A stretch of DNA of 15,603 nucleotides, taken from assembly GCF_006345805.1 (NCBI RefSeq), contig NW_021825408.1, positions 1 through 15,603 on the forward strand. The letters run 5' to 3'. Below are positions 10,553 to 15,603 of the stretch, piece after piece (positions within the stretch are counted from its first letter, which is position 1; every line of letters starts with the position of its first letter). A program made the translations under genes and the position numbers. The notes under the pieces are model-generated. The model was not told the DNA's origin, did no database searches, and saw only the letters and a program-made list of their open reading frames with translations. This DNA comes from Octopus sinensis. Taxonomy: Eukaryota.

Positions 10553-10716
10553 ATAGGGGCTGCAATAAGGGTGGAGCACTTGCAGAAAACAGCACTGCCT
10601 GGAACAGCTCGAATACTCCGGAAGGCGCTTAAAAAATAAGAGCTGTTACCTTAGTTCACTGGTAGTGAACAGCTAACACTGTAGTACATTTCCAGCGTTA
10701 GAAACTGTGCAAAGAC
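10553..10716 (+). mobile_element. 3'-terminal fragment of a second R4/Dong lineage (B)
   Basis: 10553-10639 translates IGAAIRVEHLQKTALPGTARILRKALKK*, homologous to the lineage A C-terminus NIQKIALLGTAHILRRTLSIQ*. It has a distinct ~77-bp 3' UTR followed by an (AAT)n tail. Confidence 0.75.
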
Positions 10717-10750
10717 AATAATAATACTAATGATAATAATAGTAGTAGTA

Positions 10751-10815
<65 letters not shown>

Positions 10816-10816
10816 T
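10717..10816. repeat. (AAT)n grading into (AGT)n
   Basis: Direct reading. Confidence 0.95.
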
Positions 10817-11329
10817 AAGATGGTATATGCACACGCCAGAAATGGTCTCAGACAATTAGAAAGCAACCATACTCTGGGATATGTCAATACACACAGATAG
10901 AGAAATTAAGGCCAACAGACCAGATATAGTGGTCAGAGATAATGAAGAAAAAATGCTTTCTGATTGATGTATCAATATCAGCAGATGACAACGTGTCTCA
11001 AAAAGAAATGGAGAAACTTTCAAAATACAAAGACCTGGAAATAGAGGTAACTAGAATGTGGAATCTAAAAATAGAAACAATTCCTATCATAGTAGGTGCA
11101 TTAGGTATGATAAAAAAATGTTCAAACAAATACATGACAAAAACGCCAGGACTTACAAGTATATTTAACATACAGAAAATAGCACTACTGGGCACTGCAC
11201 ACAACCTACGTAATATATTTTCAATATGGTAAAAATGAGAGCATCACAACAAACTACAGCACATGCCCAAGGCACACAGAGCTGCGCTCGGTAGTGCAGT
11301 GAAAGCACGTGATAAAAATAAGACTACTG
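10817..11329 (+). mobile_element. 5'-truncated R4/Dong lineage A copy A2 (more diverged)
   Basis: Aligns with A1 from ~9606 to 10123: ILWDMSIHTDREIKANRPDIV...CFLIDVSISADDNVSQKEMEKLSKYKDL...LLGTAHNLRNIFSIW*. It has the same 3' UTR, ending ctactg + (AAT)n. Confidence 0.93.
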
Positions 11330-11342
11330 AATAATGATGATG

Positions 11343-11414
<72 letters not shown>

Positions 11415-11427
11415 TAATAATAATAAT
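11330..11427. repeat. (AAT)n with GAT units
   Basis: Direct reading. Confidence 0.95.
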
Positions 11428-11804
11428 AAAATGCTTTCTAATTGATGTATCAATACCGGCAGATGACAACGTGTCTCTAAAAGAAATGGAGAAATTCTCA
11501 AAATACAAAGACCTGGAAATAGAGATAACTAGAATGTGGAATCTGAAAACAGAAACAATTCCTATCATAGTAGGTGCATTAGGCATGATAAAAAAATATT
11601 CAGACAAATACATAACAAAAACACCAGGACTTACAAACACATATAACATACAGAAAATTGCACTACTAGGCACCGCACACATCCTACGCAGAACACTTTC
11701 CATACAATAACCATCAGAGCATCACAACAAATCACAGCACATACCCAAGGCACACAGAGCTGCGCTCGGTAGTGAAGTGAAAGCACGCTATAAAAATAAA
11801 ACTA

Positions 11805-11807
<3 letters not shown>
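11428..11807 (+). mobile_element. 5'-truncated R4/Dong lineage A copy A3 (nearly identical to the A1 3' end)
   Basis: Uninterrupted KCFLIDVSIPADDNVSLKEMEKFSKYKDL...ILRRTLSIQ*. By eye it differs from A1 by about 4 substitutions and 3 small indels over ~380 bp. Confidence 0.95.
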
Positions 11808-11850
<43 letters not shown>

Positions 11851-11862
11851 TAATAATAATAA

Positions 11863-11893
<31 letters not shown>

Positions 11894-11958
11894 AAGAAGA
11901 GAAGAAGAAGAAGAAGAAGAAGAAGAAGAAGAAGAAGAAGAAGAAGAATGATAATAAT
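11808..11958. repeat. (AAT)n followed by (GAA)n
   Basis: Direct reading. Confidence 0.95.
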
Positions 11959-12529
11959 GGAGGGCAAAAAATTTGCTGGTGGGTGGGAGCAGAAACCTTT
12001 GCATGGCAAATATGTGGCCCGTAGCAAACAAGACTCGAAACACTCCATCAGTGGCTACGAAGCTAAGAGCTAAAGCTAAAGAGTGAAGGCCTCATCTTAG
12101 CTGCTCATTATCGAAACTTATTGACCCGGAACTACCAAGCCAATATGATGAATGCAGTATATCCACAGTATCGATTCTGCAATGATGAGAATGAAAGAGT
12201 AGAGCACTTAATATCTGGGTGTAACGATTTAGTATCAGTAGAGTACTAAAAATACGGTAGAATTGGCTAATATCTACACTGGTGAATATGTCAGCATTAT
12301 AAAATCAAATCTGATGAAAAACGGTGTAAGCATCACCTTGTGGTTATAACTGAAGGAGAAAATGTAACGATTCTTTGGTATTTCCACTACATAGAAACAG
12401 GACCATCAAAGCTAATAAACCGGATATTTTTGTGAAAGACCAAAACAATAAAGTCTGTTTATTGATCGCTACGAGTATTCCTTATAATCATAATGTCTCG
12501 GTAAAAGAATTTGCTAAGTTCAGAAAATA
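11959..12529 (+). mobile_element. Old internal fragment of a third R4/Dong lineage (C), covering the zinc-knuckle and RLE region
   Basis: Manual translation across frameshifts gives WEQKPLHGKY, QWLRS, EGLILAA, LLTRNYQANMM, RFCNDENERVEHLISGC, YLHW*ICQHY, TEGENVTILW, RTIKANKPDIFVKD, VCLLI, SVKEFAKFRKY. It is colinear with A1 ~9250-9818 and is not in the ORF track because of stops. Confidence 0.85.
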
Positions 12530-12531
12530 TA

Positions 12532-12772
12532 CCGTAAATCCTCGAGTATAATCCACCCTTGAGTATAATACGCAGGAGATTTTTACGAGGCTGTACCTAT
12601 GAAAAACCTATACCTTGTGTATAATACGCACCCCTCCTCTAACTTGAGTCAAGGAGGTCTATATAACGTCCTTGATTTGTAAAACTGTATACGGTAACGT
12701 CCTTATTATTATTGTATATATAACATAATGCAAACGTGTAGCTTTTTTGCTGCATTTTGTTTGCAGAAAATA
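12532..12772 (+). mobile_element. Tc2/pogo-like (IS630-Tc1-mariner superfamily) MITE, one terminus plus ~240 bp, truncated
   Basis: Preceded by TA (12530-12531) and starts CCGTAAATCCTCGAGTATAATCC. CCGTA termini with TA target sites are typical of Tc2-type elements. 12551-12772 matches the reverse complement of 13583-13802. Confidence 0.7.
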
Positions 12773-12916
12773 TCCAAAAGTTTTTAAAGGGCACATTTAG
12801 GTGAACCCTTGATTAGTGAACAGAAACGCCGGATGCACAACCCCAACCTAACCCCTAATTTCTTATATATGTGGGCGCGTAACTCTAAATATCTTTGTAA
12901 TTACATTTTTAAATAT

Positions 12917-13266
12917 TACTTTTACTCTTACACTTTTATTCTTTTACTTGTTTCTGTCATTTGACTGCGTCCATGCTGGAGCACGGTCTTTCGTCGAGCA
13001 AATCGACCCCAGGACTTATTCTTTGTAAGCCTAGTACTTATTCTATCGAATACTTTTGCCGAACCGCTAAGTTACGGGGATGTATATACACCAGCACTGG
13101 TTGTCAAGCGATGTTGGAGGAGGGGGGACAAATACAGACACACAAACGTATACATACACATGCATATATATATACATATATACAACGGGCTTCTTTCTGT
13201 TTCCGTCTACCAAATCCACTCACAAGGCTTTGGTTGGCCGGAGTCTATAATAGAAGACACTTGCCA
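12917..13266 (-). mobile_element. Family-1 SINE, antisense, lacking the tRNA head
   Basis: The reverse complement aligns with ~528-850, including the internal TA/TG tract and the taaaagag tail. Confidence 0.88.
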
Positions 13267-13297
13267 CATTTTTTCTATTTCAATGAGTAAATATTTA

Positions 13298-13802
13298 CTG
13301 TAAATCCTTGAGTATAATCCGCATCCCCCCCCCAAAAAAAAATTTAAAGGTCAACATCCCTAGTGCGTACTATATACGAGGTTAAAAATGAAAATTGTTT
13401 TCTAAGCAATGTCCGAGTCTCTATTTGCTGTCCGGCAATGTTTATTCAGACGCATTTTGTGATGTTGGGCGCGAAAGTACCCTAAGCTAAGCCTGAAAGC
13501 AATGAAGTCATAAAAGAATCGTCCATAACTTGCAGTAAGCAACATTTATTAAACGCTATTACTGTTATTACTGTTATTTCTTTATTTTCTGCAAACAAAA
13601 TGCACAAAAAAGCTACACGTTTGCATTATGTTATATATGCAATAATAATAAAGAACATTACCGTAAACAGTTTTACAAACCAAGGACGTTATATAGACCT
13701 CCTTGACTCAAGTTAGAGAAGGGGTGCGTATTATACACAAGGTTTAGGTTTTTCATAGGTACAGCCCCGTAAAAATCCCCTGTGTATTATACTCAAGTGG
13801 AT
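13298..13802 (-). mobile_element. Second, nearly complete (~0.5 kb) copy of the same MITE in the opposite orientation
   Basis: TA (13296-13297) followed by the TIR ctgtaaatccttgagtataatccgc, which matches the TIR at 12532. The other terminus (~13803-13815) is eroded. No transposase coding capacity is visible. Confidence 0.7.
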
Positions 13803-14543
13803 ATCAAGTGGATATTCTTTCTTTAATATGTAACCACGTTTTCACGACATTTTCAGTAAGTATCATCCTTTGAGGAGTTTCAGTATTCTGGTCCCTTTTT
13901 CTTTCCAGCAGCTGATGTATCGATCTTTCCTTAGTTTCTCAGTTAGTTTGTTCATTCTAGAAGGAATTAGTTTATTTATCGAACGACGAAGAATTTGAAG
14001 TTATTTTGTCGTCACCATTTTTCTTTTTATACCTTAAACATTTTTAGAATAGATATTTTCTTCATTGGATTCGCTTCCTACTTTTATTTCGATAATTTTC
14101 GGTATCCCTCCTGCTTCCATTACACCTTCCTCCCCCATTGTCAAAACACGATAAAGGAATATTATTAGTTGAATACTGGAATGATTACGCTTGTCGGCTT
14201 CTGGGAAACGAATTTTCAGATACTTTCAAGATGCGCCGCTGGTGCTAAAGTCGCTCTCCAACTCCCATATCCCTATGATCAGGGAATGGGTTATTCGGGC
14301 TCCTGGTCAGTGCCCTACATAAAAAAATCACTGAACTGATACACAAAAAGGTAACTTTTATCTTCTTGTTGCCGACAGGTCCCCATGAGTAATGTTGAGC
14401 CAATTTTAAGCCCCTCGGTCTCATCACTCCATTCAGTTCAACTTTCATAAAACTCAGTGGAGCTCAGCAACTTCCCCACCAATCTCAACTCCCACTGCGA
14501 TTTACCACCTATCTATATACTAGCTACAGTATTACGTATCATC

Positions 14544-14577
14544 CATCACTACCACCACCACCACCACCACCACCACC
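14544..14577. repeat. (CAC)n
   Basis: Direct reading. Confidence 0.9.
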
Positions 14578-14757
14578 GGTATCGGAAACCTGATATTCCG
14601 CCATGTATAGTTTCTTTATACACCTTAAGATATTGTGATCAACCGAAATATCAATGGAACAAATCTAAAACTGATTAAATCTAATGTTGAAGTCACTAGT
14701 TGTTCAGTAGTAACAGAGGGGAACAAGGCGACCACAGACTCTACTATTCATTCACAC

Positions 14758-14797
<40 letters not shown>

Positions 14798-14805
14798 CAT
14801 ACATC

Positions 14806-14836
<31 letters not shown>

Positions 14837-14992
14837 TATATATATAGATATATATACACATACACACACACATACACACACATATAGATATATATAATAT
14901 ATATATATATATATATCCACATACACACACCACACACACACCCAACACATATATATATATATATCTATATATACACACACACACACACACAT
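14758..14992. repeat. Compound (CA)n/(TA)n microsatellite
   Basis: Direct reading. Confidence 0.95.
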
Positions 14993-15121
14993 TCATATCA
15001 AGTATGTTTATAAAGGTCGCTAGAGGATATATATATATTTTTCTATTTATTGATTATCGGAAATATGATCAAATTCACAGCAACTGGTGTCAGTTCAGTG
15101 TTTCAAAAAGTGATGTGTATT

Positions 15122-15196
15122 TGTGTGTGTGTATGTGCATGTGCGTGTCTGCATGTGTTTTAGTCTGTGTGAGTCTGTGTGCTTATTTGCGTATTA

Positions 15197-15228
<32 letters not shown>
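15122..15228. repeat. Degenerate (TG)n
   Basis: Direct reading. Confidence 0.85.
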
Positions 15229-15572
15229 CTATAAATTTCTTTGTACTAATCAAATATTCTTCTTGACTGTATTGAATGTACGCAGATAGGCTTCTTATGT
15301 AACATGGTACCATCATATCGATTTGTACGGCATTCCATACACATATGCACTCGTATGCACATGCGTGTGTAGATGTAGAAGACAACATACGCAGTATAAA
15401 GATTTTCGTTGAACTAAAACACGACTGTGTTCCAGTCGTATCACTTTTTACAATACTTTTTTTTTTAATTCACTTTGGTATAAGTTTCCCTTTGGTATAA
15501 GTTTATCTGAAACTGTCAAGTCCCTTAATTCATTATCAACAGTACGTGTGTTAATGGTATTAGCATAATGAA

Positions 15573-15603
15573 GGGCGGCGAGATAGCAGAATCGTTTGCA
15601 CGC
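15573..15603 (+). mobile_element. 5' head of a family-3 SINE, cut by the window edge
   Basis: ggcggcgagatagcagaatcgtttgcacgc matches the reverse complement of ~5624-5655 (gacggcaagctggtagaatcgttactacgc). Confidence 0.65.

Noticed and set aside
9700-11810. Repeated units separated by spacers, and a PD-(D/E)xK nuclease suggestive of CRISPR or a prokaryotic defence system
   Set aside because: The repeats are 5'-truncated retrotransposon copies and the spacers are microsatellites. The nuclease is the standard RLE domain of R4-clade LINEs, and the context is eukaryotic.
12838-12860. Telomere-like ccaacctaacccctaa
   Set aside because: It has only about two degenerate units, too short to call an interstitial telomere or an element.
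15421-15439. 7-bp GC-containing hairpin acgactg/cagtcgt, a possible Helitron 3' end on the minus strand
   Set aside because: It is followed by TTAG rather than CTRR at atypical spacing, and a 7-bp stem is expected by chance.
15473-15504. 15-bp direct repeat ctttggtataagttt x2
   Set aside because: It is most simply a local slippage duplication with only 2 bp between copies, so there is no inserted element.

Overview
Eukaryotic, gene-free and repeat-saturated DNA. The SINE families and very dense microsatellites resemble those I recall from Octopus genomes (inference, not verified). No host protein-coding gene is supportable, and almost all ORF-track entries are microsatellite artefacts. The core (5656-12529) is an (AAT)n-type microsatellite tract holding five same-orientation insertions of R4/Dong-clade non-LTR retrotransposons (RT + CCHC + restriction-like endonuclease) from three distinguishable lineages. 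One copy is near full length (6178-10123). Its many frameshifts are mostly 1-nt indels in short runs, so it may be more intact in vivo than the assembly shows. Also present: three tRNA-derived SINE families (one copy with a perfect 13-bp TSD), a decayed Penelope-like RT fragment, two inverted copies of a Tc2/pogo-like MITE, and many microsatellites. I find no wholly new biological system. The microsatellite-targeted, possibly self-renewing R4/Dong nest is the best lead.
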